Origin: a phage
Direction: 5' to 3' (one strand)
DNA: 52,493 bases
NCBI GenBank assembly: GCA_017676125.1
Contig: GCA_017676125.1_4893.1
Part shown: one piece after another, positions 7,712 to 17,476 of the stretch
Layout: each line of letters opens with the position of its first letter
How positions within the stretch are numbered: position 1 is the first letter of the stretch
Notes under the pieces: generated by a model
The model's database searches: none
What the model was told of the DNA's origin: nothing
What the model saw: only the letters and a program-made list of their open reading frames with translations
Made by a program: the position numbers and the translations under genes

Positions 7712-10668
7712 TGCACACGATGTTGCTTAAAGACGGATCAGACCATCGAGCTAATGTCGAAAGCCTTATCGAAGGTCACCACCACTTTCTTGAGCGCAAT
7801 ACTGGCAGAACTGACGACGCTACGCGTCAGCACTATATCTTCAACCCAGAAGGAGTAGTGTCGAACAACCGCCATTTTATTGCACACACTATGATGGAGT
7901 ATCAGCCTAACGGTGATGCTCCGTCTGAAAGTCAGTCGCTGCTAATACTCGGCGAAATTCACGCGTACCTTGCTACTAAGGAACAGCGGTACCTTGACAA
8001 AGCAATTGAGTACTTCAATGCTTACGTCAAGTACTATTACGAGGGGGACCCAATCCCTGATACTCCTCGTCGCTGGATCGCTAACTGGCTTTGTAATGGC
8101 AAAGAGCCTGTGCTAGCCAGCTTCCCAATCAACCCTGATTCACCAACACAAGGCGGCTATAAAAATGTGCCAGTTAAATTTGTTAACGGCAAAGCACAAA
8201 TCCCTCATGGTTCTCCTTTCTGGGGCGAGTACCTGGATGTTGCTACTTGGGCCCACAGGGGACACATGGCTTGGCCTGCTATTAATGGTGGTGTCCGTGT
8301 TATTAAAAATAAAGTTGACTGGGACGATATTTACAACAATTATCGCATCACTACCATGCCAGCTGACCCGTGGAATCAGTTAGCCTGGATTGACTGGCCG
8401 AGGTATCTGGGCGAACCAAGCTACACTGTGGACTGGTCAGCTGCTGAACCTCCTGTACATCTCATCGAGTATATTGTTGCATGGACCAACAACAAGATTG
8501 GTGTTCTGCCTGGCAAAAACGATGAGCTATGGGGAGGCGAGATTCTTGAGACTGGACTGCCTGACTCTCGCAGAGGTGAGATTCAACTCCGTGACCACAC
8601 TGTTAACGGTGTGTATCTGCTTAACTATGCCGTTAAGCTTCCTGTTGAACACGGTGGTTATTTGCTTAAGCGAAATGAAGTATGGCACAACAGACCGGTA
8701 AACGTTCCACTGTACGGCGAGCTTCAACGTGGTAATGCTGCTGATGCTGAGTTGTGGTTCTGTGACTGCTGCTATATGCTGTGGCGAATTACTAAAGAGC
8801 AAAAGTATTACAACGCTTGGCAAGCTGTCCTGTTTACGCTGGAGGAGTATATTGATATTGATAAACAAGACCAGTTCTTCCGTCAAGACTCTCACGCGTC
8901 ATCTCCGTTTACTGATGGCATCTCTTATGATTGGTCTTATCCTGAACTGGCACAAGCTATATATTCACGTGATGAAAATGGTTATATAGTTCTACGCCAG
9001 AACCAAAAAGCTCAATCATCTCTGGAGCAACAGGCTGTATGGTTTAAGTGTAAGCCAACAGCTAAGATACGTACAGAGGTTGGTGGCAAAGATGATGCTG
9101 GTCAGAATATCAGTGTCAAGGTGGAAATGTACATGAACCGTGAAAAGGTTGACGTTGAGCAAAACATCTATCGTTTTGTCACACAGCTACCTGCTCTTGG
9201 TGCTTCACCTGCTAACTACGACATTCCGTTAAGCGATTTTGTCGCAGGTACTAAGCCAGATGGTTCTGAGTATATCTTAGCTGATATTCGTTCATCCACT
9301 GATTATGGCAATGCCACTATTGCAGTGTCTTACCGTACTGACATACTTGACAACAGACGTGGCAACACTGTCCGTATGACAATACCGGATAGTTCGTCAG
9401 GTGCCATTATAGGCTTTTGGCTACTGGAATCTTCCCAGGCACCTTTAAACTCGCTGACGTATACTTCTACAGGTCCGTTGTGCATCAAAGTAACTGACGC
9501 GCAAGGCTGGAGTTGGGTACGTGATTTACCTGCCGCACCAGGATGGGTAACTCAGCAGATTCGCACCTGGGAGTTCAGGCTGGCGTCATACCAGGAAAAC
9601 ACAGGTACACCACCAGCTAGTCCACAATTCGGCGAGATTAAGCAGTTCTCGTTTGTACTGCCTGATGGTGTTAATACGTCGACAAGTATTAGCTGGTACT
9701 GTGTGAATGATGTTCCGCCTCGCTATAACTGGCCAATCGGCTATACGATTAAGTATCGTCTTACTTTCTCGGCTGATAACCCGTACACAGCTAGACTTGG
9801 CGACTGTACTGTGCTGGACTATGAGAATGATAACCTTGCTTACACGCCAGGTGTTATTCCGTTCTCCAACATTTATAACCCTGATTCTAAGCAGTTCGAT
9901 GGTTGGCACGGTATACCTTACCCTGGTTATCAGTATCCGTTTGTCTTTACGCATGACGACACCGCAGCAGGTACAATCAGGCTGAACAACATGGTTAACT
10001 TTTTGTACGATTCTCAGCAATGGTACTATAAGAAGTTTGGTCAGCTAGGTCCTGGTGCATCTGCTTTTATCTGGAACCGTTGGGATAACTTTAAATACGG
10101 TGTACCTGATACGTTTACCATGTATCACTGGGGTAATGGTAGTGCATGGTCAGGTTACCAGCCTCGTGCTTACTTCTCCGCAGCACGTGGATGGTATGAG
10201 CTAGTAAACCGTGGTAAGCCAGTTCCGAGTAAGCTTATTGCTTATGTTGATAACTGGTCAAAATGGTTGCTTGACTTCATGGAAAGGTCAGGAGGTGTGT
10301 CACCTTCTAACTTCCCGCAAGAAGGTGTTGCTCTGCCAGTCCCTTCAGACTTCACAGGTCACATGTGCGGACTATGGCTTGCTGGTGCAGCTATGTCTGC
10401 CCTTTGTGGGTCAACGGTGTCAGGACTTGATAAGCTGATGGATATGCTTGTCAATGAGCTGGAAGACCACTATGACATAACTGGTATTCCTGGGCACGTA
10501 ATGGATGGTGGTTGGTCGCCAGCGTTACGCCTTGAAACTGGTACAGGACCTGAAAGCAACGCCATGTACTATGGTTTTTACTCTGGCGAAATATTGCGAG
10601 GGTTGGGCTTATACCTGCTGTACAAAAACAAAGGGGCTAAAGCAGATATTTATGATTTAGGCCCGTAA
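7711..10668 (+). CDS. large virion-associated protein, aromatic-rich; possible polysaccharide-binding/degrading (depolymerase-like) protein
   Basis: 985 aa ORF, translationally coupled to upstream gene; very high Trp/Tyr/Gly/Asn content typical of carbohydrate-active folds; no catalytic motif recognised by eye. Confidence 0.45.
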   Translation: MHTMLLKDGSDHRANVESLIEGHHHFLERNTGRTDDATRQHYIFNPEGVVSNNRHFIAHTMMEYQPNGDAPSESQSLLILGEIHAYLATKEQRYLDKAIEYFNAYVKYYYEGDPIPDTPRRWIANWLCNGKEPVLASFPINPDSPTQGGYKNVPVKFVNGKAQIPHGSPFWGEYLDVATWAHRGHMAWPAINGGVRVIKNKVDWDDIYNNYRITTMPADPWNQLAWIDWPRYLGEPSYTVDWSAAEPPVHLIEYIVAWTNNKIGVLPGKNDELWGGEILETGLPDSRRGEIQLRDHTVNGVYLLNYAVKLPVEHGGYLLKRNEVWHNRPVNVPLYGELQRGNAADAELWFCDCCYMLWRITKEQKYYNAWQAVLFTLEEYIDIDKQDQFFRQDSHASSPFTDGISYDWSYPELAQAIYSRDENGYIVLRQNQKAQSSLEQQAVWFKCKPTAKIRTEVGGKDDAGQNISVKVEMYMNREKVDVEQNIYRFVTQLPALGASPANYDIPLSDFVAGTKPDGSEYILADIRSSTDYGNATIAVSYRTDILDNRRGNTVRMTIPDSSSGAIIGFWLLESSQAPLNSLTYTSTGPLCIKVTDAQGWSWVRDLPAAPGWVTQQIRTWEFRLASYQENTGTPPASPQFGEIKQFSFVLPDGVNTSTSISWYCVNDVPPRYNWPIGYTIKYRLTFSADNPYTARLGDCTVLDYENDNLAYTPGVIPFSNIYNPDSKQFDGWHGIPYPGYQYPFVFTHDDTAAGTIRLNNMVNFLYDSQQWYYKKFGQLGPGASAFIWNRWDNFKYGVPDTFTMYHWGNGSAWSGYQPRAYFSAARGWYELVNRGKPVPSKLIAYVDNWSKWLLDFMERSGGVSPSNFPQEGVALPVPSDFTGHMCGLWLAGAAMSALCGSTVSGLDKLMDMLVNELEDHYDITGIPGHVMDGGWSPALRLETGTGPESNAMYYGFYSGEILRGLGLYLLYKNKGAKADIYDLGP

Positions 10669-10674
10669 CCACTA

Positions 10675-10703
10675 TTTACTTAACCGAGGCGCCAGCCTAT
10701 AAT
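10675..10703 (+). promoter_or_regulatory. sigma70-like promoter TTTACT-N17-TATAAT with palindrome flanking the -10
   Basis: -35 TTTACT 10675-10680, -10 TATAAT 10698-10703; GCGCCAGC (10689-10696) and GCTGGCGC (10706-10713) inverted repeat. Confidence 0.55.
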
Positions 10704-10735
10704 AAGCTGGCGCACCCAATAAGAGGATTCTCCAG

Positions 10736-11374
10736 ATGGCAAATCGTACTACAGCCAACCGTCCTGTTAAAGACGCAGACCTGCGTCAAGAGTCGGTTAC
10801 TCAGTTCCCATTAGCCAAGCCGACCAAGCTTGATGCGAACGGAAAATTCATTCCAACCCCAGTTACCGGTGTAACTGCTACACCTAAGGCTAAGTCAATT
10901 GCTGTTGGTGAGTTTACAACTCTGTCAGCAGCAGTAGCACCGGCAGACGCAGATGACGTCACCGTATTGTGGGAAAGCGATACGCCTGCTAACGCCACTG
11001 TTGATGGTTCAGGTCGTGTTCAGGGTATCAAAGTTGGTTCAGCAACTATTACTGCTAAATCCAAGCTTGACCCTTCCAAAACAGATACTGTAGCAATTAC
11101 GGTAACTGCTCCGCCGGTAGCCGTTACTGGTGTTACGTTAGCGCCTAAGTCGCCAAGCGTTGTAGTAGGCTCCACTGTACAGCTGACTGCAACTGTACTA
11201 CCTGCTGGCGCTACTAACAAAGCTGTTACCTACGAATCAAACGACCAGGCTAAAGCTACCGTTAGTGCAACTGGTCTGGTGACCGGTAAAGCAGCTGGTG
11301 TCGTCACCATCACTGTCAAAACAGCTGATGGCAGCTTCACTGACACCGCGTCAGTAACTGTTACTGCTGAGTAA
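10736..11374 (+). CDS. Ig-like (BIG2) domain protein
   Basis: 212 aa; two Ig-like repeats with the VTGVT...ATV...TVT pattern typical of bacterial Ig-like group 2 domains. Confidence 0.7.
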   Translation: MANRTTANRPVKDADLRQESVTQFPLAKPTKLDANGKFIPTPVTGVTATPKAKSIAVGEFTTLSAAVAPADADDVTVLWESDTPANATVDGSGRVQGIKVGSATITAKSKLDPSKTDTVAITVTAPPVAVTGVTLAPKSPSVVVGSTVQLTATVLPAGATNKAVTYESNDQAKATVSATGLVTGKAAGVVTITVKTADGSFTDTASVTVTAE

Positions 11375-11382
11375 GGAGCTGA

Positions 11383-13515
11383 TTGATGTCGCTTCCACTT
11401 AATGAGGTTGTCGACGTCCAGTTCAGTAAGAGCAACGGGGGTAAAGGTTTTACCCCCAATGTTCCGCTGGAAGGTATAATGCTTTCCAACTACGAGTACT
11501 CAATCGTCGCGGGTGATGACCCTGTTCAGCTAGCTGTGCGTTACATTCCAACCAACGCTACTGAGCGTGGTATGGCGTGGAAATCTAGCGACCCGGACAT
11601 TATCACTGTTGATGAGCTCGGATTTGTGAAGCCACTGGCGGAAGGTGTTGCATACGTGACTGGTACATCTGTTGACGGCGGTTATACAGTACGGGCAAAG
11701 TTTAACATTGCTCGGGCACCTATCCTTGTTGAATCTGTTACAGTGTCTCCCACAAGCGTGACGCTTGAAGAAGGCAAGACTCAACGCCTGACATACACCT
11801 ATTTACCTGCTAATGCAGACAAACCTGATTTCTACTGGATTTCAGACGATGAGTCTGTTGCTATCGTTAACGATAGCGGGCTTGTCACTGCCATTGGAGA
11901 TGGCGAAACAACTGTAAACGTACAGTACGGTGTTGACAGCTCTATATTCGATAGCTGTACTGTAACTGTTATTCCGCCTGTTGTACACGTTACAGGAGTT
12001 GAGTTTCTTACTCAGTCACCTCTTAACGTTAATATCGGAAGCACAGCTGGGACTAGTATTCGTATATCGCCAGAAGATGCCACTGACAAAACAGTGACAT
12101 ACGAAAGCAGCGCGCCTACTGTAGCAACTGTGGATACTGACGGAAATGTTACTGGTATTATAGCTGGTAATGCCACTGTTACTGTTAAGACGAATGACGG
12201 TGATAAGACTGACACTCTTGACATTATCGTCAGGGTGCCTGCTGTAAATGTTACCGGTGTAAGTATTGACGAAGGCGATACAGCTTCCATGGAAGTTGGT
12301 GACACTCTTCAGCTACATGCCACTGTGACGCCTGAAAATGCTACTGACCCGTCTGTTGTATGGAGTGCTCCTGTATCAGAAGTTGCGTCTGTGACTGAAG
12401 CTGGTTTGGTAACCGCTAACGCTGCAGGCTTAATTGATGTTACTGTTATCACTAACGACGGGAACTTTACTGACAGAATCGAGGTTAAAGTTACAGACCC
12501 CAGAATCGCAGTTACTGATGTTACATGGGCTCCTGACTCTCCGACTAAAGTAAGCGCTGGTCATCAGGTGCAGACTAAAATTGTTATAACACCTGACAAC
12601 GCAACTAACAAAAAAGTTAGCTACAATAGTTCAAACCCAGACGCTGTTACTGTTGACACTAACGGAGTTATATACGGCCAATCTCCTGGAACTTCGACTA
12701 TTACAGTTACAACAGACGACGGTGGACTTGTTGCTTCGTTTGTAGCGACTTGCACAGAGGTGGCTGTTATTACACCAGATGGTCTTGGTGGTATTCCAGT
12801 AGGTGGTACTCAGCAGTTCACTTACACTGTTAACCAGTCTGACGCTGAGCTGACTAATATTCGTTATGAGTCTGCTGACCCAGCTATTGCAACTGTTGAT
12901 TCATCAGGCGTTGTAACTGGTGTTGCTAGCGGCGGATGTAACATCTGGATTTATGCAACTAGTAATGGTGCTGATATTAGTGCAGCTACTTGGGCACAAA
13001 TTTCTGAGAAGGTACAGGTATACCCTCAGTATGCCGAATGGCTTGTGGGTAACACCAAACAGCTTGATGTTGAGATTTATCCGTCTGACTCTAAGAGCGT
13101 TACCGTTACTTATGAATCGTCAAATGACGCTATCATTAGTATAGATGCAAATGGCTTGATGACTGCTAAATCTGAAGGTTCAGCAACTATTACTGCTAAC
13201 GTTGTGATGAACGGTGTTGCTGCTTCTGGTACAACATCTCCTTACGTGTCTGAGCTTTCTGTTACTACCGATTCGCTGCCTGCACTTACTGTTGGCAACA
13301 CGCAGCAGCTGGTTGTAACTGTTAGACCTGAATACGCTAAGACAGACCCAGGCTATAACATTCAGTATACAACTACAGACGATACTGTCGCTACTGTAAG
13401 TAATACCGGTGTTATTACGGGCGTTGGTAACGGTGGATGCCGTATTGGTGCCACAGTAACTGTGAGAAATGCTACAGCGTCGGACAGCTCTTATCAGTCC
13501 GTCGATGCAGCATAA
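11383..13515 (+). CDS. Ig-like (BIG2) repeat protein, multi-domain (decoration or fibre-like)
   Basis: 710 aa; about seven tandem ~85-aa Ig-like repeats (V.VTGV....P....VG.T.QL.ATV.P.NAT...V.W.S....ATVD..G.VT...G.A.ITA). Confidence 0.7.
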   Translation: MMSLPLNEVVDVQFSKSNGGKGFTPNVPLEGIMLSNYEYSIVAGDDPVQLAVRYIPTNATERGMAWKSSDPDIITVDELGFVKPLAEGVAYVTGTSVDGGYTVRAKFNIARAPILVESVTVSPTSVTLEEGKTQRLTYTYLPANADKPDFYWISDDESVAIVNDSGLVTAIGDGETTVNVQYGVDSSIFDSCTVTVIPPVVHVTGVEFLTQSPLNVNIGSTAGTSIRISPEDATDKTVTYESSAPTVATVDTDGNVTGIIAGNATVTVKTNDGDKTDTLDIIVRVPAVNVTGVSIDEGDTASMEVGDTLQLHATVTPENATDPSVVWSAPVSEVASVTEAGLVTANAAGLIDVTVITNDGNFTDRIEVKVTDPRIAVTDVTWAPDSPTKVSAGHQVQTKIVITPDNATNKKVSYNSSNPDAVTVDTNGVIYGQSPGTSTITVTTDDGGLVASFVATCTEVAVITPDGLGGIPVGGTQQFTYTVNQSDAELTNIRYESADPAIATVDSSGVVTGVASGGCNIWIYATSNGADISAATWAQISEKVQVYPQYAEWLVGNTKQLDVEIYPSDSKSVTVTYESSNDAIISIDANGLMTAKSEGSATITANVVMNGVAASGTTSPYVSELSVTTDSLPALTVGNTQQLVVTVRPEYAKTDPGYNIQYTTTDDTVATVSNTGVITGVGNGGCRIGATVTVRNATASDSSYQSVDAA

Positions 13516-13540
13516 AAATTAATTAACTTTGCACTGGCCA

Positions 13541-13569
13541 TTTACTTGGTTAAACTTACTGAGTATAAT
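13541..13569 (+). promoter_or_regulatory. sigma70-like promoter TTTACT-N17-TATAAT upstream of tail genes
   Basis: -35 TTTACT 13541-13546, -10 TATAAT 13564-13569; bracketed by GGCCAT/ATGGCC inverted repeat. Confidence 0.55.
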
Positions 13570-13601
13570 GGCCGGAAAGTCCACCCAAGAGGTAAACAAA
13601 A

Positions 13602-14741
13602 ATGCCGTTGAATGTAAACCAGATTGTAAACGTTCAACTGAACAACACTCCAACTGGTATCAGCAAAGGTGACTTCGGTAAGCTGGCTCTTTTAACTCAG
13701 GACCCTGGTACTGCTTTTCCTGACAGCGACAACGGACACTATGTTGAAATCGGCAGCTACTCTGAAGCCGAGTCTTATTGGGGTACTGGTTCAGTTGTAC
13801 TTGGCGCGCTGAAGATTTTCTTTGCACAATCTCCGCGTCCTCGTTCAGTAGTTATCGCCTCATGGAGCAACACCTCTACTCTGGATGCGGCTATTAGAGC
13901 ATTCAACGATGTGTATCCTGACTGGTATGTTCTGCGTCCGCTTCCGCCTACTGGTGAGCTGTCTGACGATGACATCAGTTTGCTGGCGTCAACTGTTGCT
14001 GCTTACGATAAAAAACGTTGCAGCTACACTACCACTAAAGCAACTCATATTGAAAACAGCGACTCCAACCCGATTAAAACTCTGGCTGGTAAAGGCTACA
14101 ACAATATGTGGCTTCAGTACGATAAGAACAACCAACACTATGCAGACATTTCTGCTATGGCGCGTGCTCTGTCTGTTAACTTCTCAGGTAACCGCACTAC
14201 GATTACCATGAAGTTCAAACAAGAGCCTGGTATTACACCGAACAACACTTTAACGCTCACTGAAGCTAACAAGTGTAAGGCGCTGGGTATTAACTGGTAC
14301 ACCTACTACAGCACCTTTGCTATGCTTGCAGAAGGTACTGTCCTTGGTACGTCCAAGCCGCCGCGCTTCTGGGATGAAGTACATGGTCTCGACTGGTTCT
14401 GTAATGCTGTCCAGACTTATGTCTTCAACTCAATCGCTACGTCACCCACGAAGGTGCCGCAGACGAACAAAGGTCACGAGCGCCTTACTGGTGCTGCAGC
14501 TGTTGCTTGTCAGCAGGCTGTCGACAACGGCTTGGTTGCACCTGGTATCTGGTACGGTGATGAGTTTGGTACACTGTCTTATGGTGACCGACTCGAAACA
14601 GGTTTCTACATCTACATCCCTGACGTAGATGACCAGCCTCTGGATGAGCGTGAAGCTCGTCAGGCCGTTGTAATGCAAATCGCGATTAAGCTGGCGGGTG
14701 CAATCCACTCCAGCGACATCCTGATTAACTTCACTCGCTAA
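13602..14741 (+). CDS. putative tail sheath protein
   Basis: 379 aa ORF at head of tail module, followed by tube-sized gene, chaperone with frameshift and tape measure; assignment from gene order only. Confidence 0.5.
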   Translation: MPLNVNQIVNVQLNNTPTGISKGDFGKLALLTQDPGTAFPDSDNGHYVEIGSYSEAESYWGTGSVVLGALKIFFAQSPRPRSVVIASWSNTSTLDAAIRAFNDVYPDWYVLRPLPPTGELSDDDISLLASTVAAYDKKRCSYTTTKATHIENSDSNPIKTLAGKGYNNMWLQYDKNNQHYADISAMARALSVNFSGNRTTITMKFKQEPGITPNNTLTLTEANKCKALGINWYTYYSTFAMLAEGTVLGTSKPPRFWDEVHGLDWFCNAVQTYVFNSIATSPTKVPQTNKGHERLTGAAAVACQQAVDNGLVAPGIWYGDEFGTLSYGDRLETGFYIYIPDVDDQPLDEREARQAVVMQIAIKLAGAIHSSDILINFTR

Positions 14742-14752
14742 GGAGCAGATCA

Positions 14753-15184
14753 ATGATCATCGATTCTTCTGAATGCGTGTTGAGCCTGAATGGTGTTCAG
14801 CTGTCCGACTGGGCAGACGGTGCCGATGTCATTGACGTGCAATGGGTGGACCCAGCTTCCACCTATCTTGCAGGTGCAGATGGCAATGGCATTCAGATTA
14901 TGAACCCGTCCAAAGCCATTAAGCTAACTATCAAGGTTAAGCAAAATGGTCCGGATGCCAAATGGCTTAACGACCAGTACAACCTGCAGCGTAACAACAT
15001 TCGTGGATTTGTCCCGTTTGTGCTGCAAGCCAAAGACCTGCTAAACCAGGATTTGGCATGGGGCAAAAAAGGTTACTTTACCGATGGTTCCCCGTGGACT
15101 CGCGGTAACGGCCATAACCCGACTACCTTCGCTATTGTGTTCCACCAAGGTGGTATGCAGTTAACTGAAGGCTTTGACCAGTAA
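14753..15184 (+). CDS. putative tail tube protein
   Basis: 143 aa ORF between sheath candidate and tail assembly chaperone; gene order. Confidence 0.5.
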   Translation: MIIDSSECVLSLNGVQLSDWADGADVIDVQWVDPASTYLAGADGNGIQIMNPSKAIKLTIKVKQNGPDAKWLNDQYNLQRNNIRGFVPFVLQAKDLLNQDLAWGKKGYFTDGSPWTRGNGHNPTTFAIVFHQGGMQLTEGFDQ

Positions 15185-15202
15185 CAATAGAGGAAAGCAC
15201 AA

Positions 15203-15631
15203 ATGACTGAGCCCAAATCATTTGACATCGACGACGTAACGTACAACATGACACTCGCAAACGCGCTGCAAGCCTGGACGGTCCTGAAAAAAGCAGGTAA
15301 GCTGTTCAAAGGCATTGGTAACGCTGACATTGTGGGTAAAGACGGCAAAGTGGACGGTAAGAAAGCAATGCTGGTCCTGTTGGACGCTGTTCTGGAGAAC
15401 GCAGGTTCTGACGAGATGACAGCTATTGAGGAACTAATCTTCCGCAATACTGTTGTTGTAGTTGATGGCAAACCGCGTAAGCTGTCTGACTGTAAAGACC
15501 AACACTTCAACGCACATCGTAGCCATATCTTCGGTGTGCTCAAGGAGGGATTGGTATATCAGTTCGCGGATTTTTTCAAAGGGAATGGCCTGTCAGGTCT
15601 AGCGGGTCTAGCCACGCCCTTGACGAAATAA
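15203..15631 (+). CDS. tail assembly chaperone (G-like, short form)
   Basis: 142 aa ORF immediately upstream of tape measure gene; contains slippery heptamer T_TTT_TTC at 15571-15577. Confidence 0.6.
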   Translation: MTEPKSFDIDDVTYNMTLANALQAWTVLKKAGKLFKGIGNADIVGKDGKVDGKKAMLVLLDAVLENAGSDEMTAIEELIFRNTVVVVDGKPRKLSDCKDQHFNAHRSHIFGVLKEGLVYQFADFFKGNGLSGLAGLATPLTK

Positions 15632-15813
15632 AACGCAAGCAACAGTCAGGGACGCAAGAAACTGACTGGTTCGTTTGGCTTCCTATTCTCAAGGGTCATG
15701 TGACCCTTGCAGAATTAAAGTCGTCTTACAGCTTGTGTGATTTGTGCGACCTGCATATTGCTATTCTGGACTATGCCGAGTTAGAGGAAATCCATGGCGA
15801 CCATAATCGATAG
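15203..15813 (+). CDS. tail assembly chaperone, -1 frameshift-extended form (GT-like)
   Basis: After -1 slip at 15571-15577 the -1 frame stays open for ~80 codons to a TAG at 15811-15813, overlapping the tape measure start; classic conserved tail chaperone frameshift. Confidence 0.5.
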
Positions 15814-17476
15814 CTTTCTGGTAACGCTTGAGAGTAAAGCCGACAGTTCTGGCTTTGACCTCTTCGACCAGCTGTCCCGCCGTTTTGTGATTACCCTCGG
15901 CGATGTAATCAATCTTGCTGAGCGCGCAGCTGGTGCGCTCGGTAGGATGTTTGCGCCTGCGTTAGAGGCTGACGTACTCGCCGCCAAGATTAAAGGCTTC
16001 GGCTACGACGTTGAGTCGACGTGGAAAACGCTGATGGATATGTCTCTGCAAATGGGTACACCATTCCAGGAGGCACTAGACGGCTTTACTAAACTTAAAT
16101 CGTATGGCGTTGACCCGTTAAACGGTTCACTCCAGATGCTGAAAACTATTACCGCTGCAACTGGCGGTGACCTGTATCGTACGATTATTGCGTATGGCCA
16201 GGCGTCTGCGATGGGTTCATTGCAGGGTCAGGAAAAGAACCAGTTCATTAACGCTGGTGTTGACATCTGGGGCGCATTGTCCCGCTACACTGGTAAGAAG
16301 CTTGGCGAGCTTCAGGATATGATGCGGCAGAAGCAAATCACTGCCGACATACTGACTAGCGCACTCAAACAAGAAGCCGAACGTTTAAAACCAATTGCCC
16401 ACGAAGTGTCACAGACACTCAAAGCGCAGTTAACTAACCTGAGCACAATTTGGTATGCTGCTCGTTCTAAGATTGCCCAGACCAGAGTATGGGATGAGGT
16501 AACTAAAGGCGCGATAAGTATGGTTAAGTCACTCACAGCAGTGCTTAACGATACCACACTTACTGCGGCGTTTAAAAAGTTCGACGAAGTTGTATTCAAT
16601 ACAATTGAAAACGTAAAACGACTTATCTACGTTATCGGGGATAACTTCCCGTTAATGGTTGCGATAACCTCATACGCACTGCTGTCACTTATTCCCGTGC
16701 TGGCGGCACTTATTCCCTGGCTAGCTAAGGTCGGCAACGCCTTTGTGGGTTTAGCTACCAAAATGCTTATGAATCCGCTCACGTGGTTTGCACTGGCTAT
16801 CGGCACAGTTGTTGCTGTACTCACTGACCTCGATGACGCTCTGGCAGGACGTGAGACAGTTGTTAAGTGGTCAAAAGATGTTGTAGCCGCATGGGGAATT
16901 GTCAAGCAGTATATCGTAGTTATTGCAGACTTTATTCTGTCAATATTTGACGGTCGTTTATGGAACAAACTCGGTAACTGGTGGCAAGGTTTCCTTGTTG
17001 AAGTTAAGCAAGGCATAGAGCAGATAAAGCTTTGGTTGTCTGAAGCTCTTTACCAGCTACCTGGCGGTAAGTTCCTGATGGCGTTGTTTGGTAAGCTCGA
17101 TTCTACGCTTGGCTTTGCGGGCAATAAACTAGTGGCTGGTGCTGAAGCTACTGCTAACGCTGTGTCGCCTACCACTGAGCAGGGTGGAAGCTTCTGGAGT
17201 AGGGCACTCAACTGGTCTATGCGTAACTTCAACCCTATCACAGGGGAGATGACAGCTGGCGGTCAGGCTATGCAGTCAGCCATAAATACTGCTAAGCAAA
17301 ACCAACAGCAGAACGCAACTGTTATCCACCAGGATAATAGCGTTAAAGTTGATGCTACTATTACCGGTGTACAGAACCCACAAGAAGTAGGCCGTGAAGT
17401 CAACGACCAAGTCAAACAGGCGCAGAAAGAGAATGCTACTGTAAGGGCTAACAACAAAACGGCGGTAACACAATGA
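15794..17476 (+). CDS. tail tape measure protein
   Basis: 560 aa; helical N-terminal region, central hydrophobic segments (FPLMVAITSYALLSLIPVLAALIPWLAKVG...), position after frameshifted chaperone. Confidence 0.7.
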   Translation: MATIIDSFLVTLESKADSSGFDLFDQLSRRFVITLGDVINLAERAAGALGRMFAPALEADVLAAKIKGFGYDVESTWKTLMDMSLQMGTPFQEALDGFTKLKSYGVDPLNGSLQMLKTITAATGGDLYRTIIAYGQASAMGSLQGQEKNQFINAGVDIWGALSRYTGKKLGELQDMMRQKQITADILTSALKQEAERLKPIAHEVSQTLKAQLTNLSTIWYAARSKIAQTRVWDEVTKGAISMVKSLTAVLNDTTLTAAFKKFDEVVFNTIENVKRLIYVIGDNFPLMVAITSYALLSLIPVLAALIPWLAKVGNAFVGLATKMLMNPLTWFALAIGTVVAVLTDLDDALAGRETVVKWSKDVVAAWGIVKQYIVVIADFILSIFDGRLWNKLGNWWQGFLVEVKQGIEQIKLWLSEALYQLPGGKFLMALFGKLDSTLGFAGNKLVAGAEATANAVSPTTEQGGSFWSRALNWSMRNFNPITGEMTAGGQAMQSAINTAKQNQQQNATVIHQDNSVKVDATITGVQNPQEVGREVNDQVKQAQKENATVRANNKTAVTQ

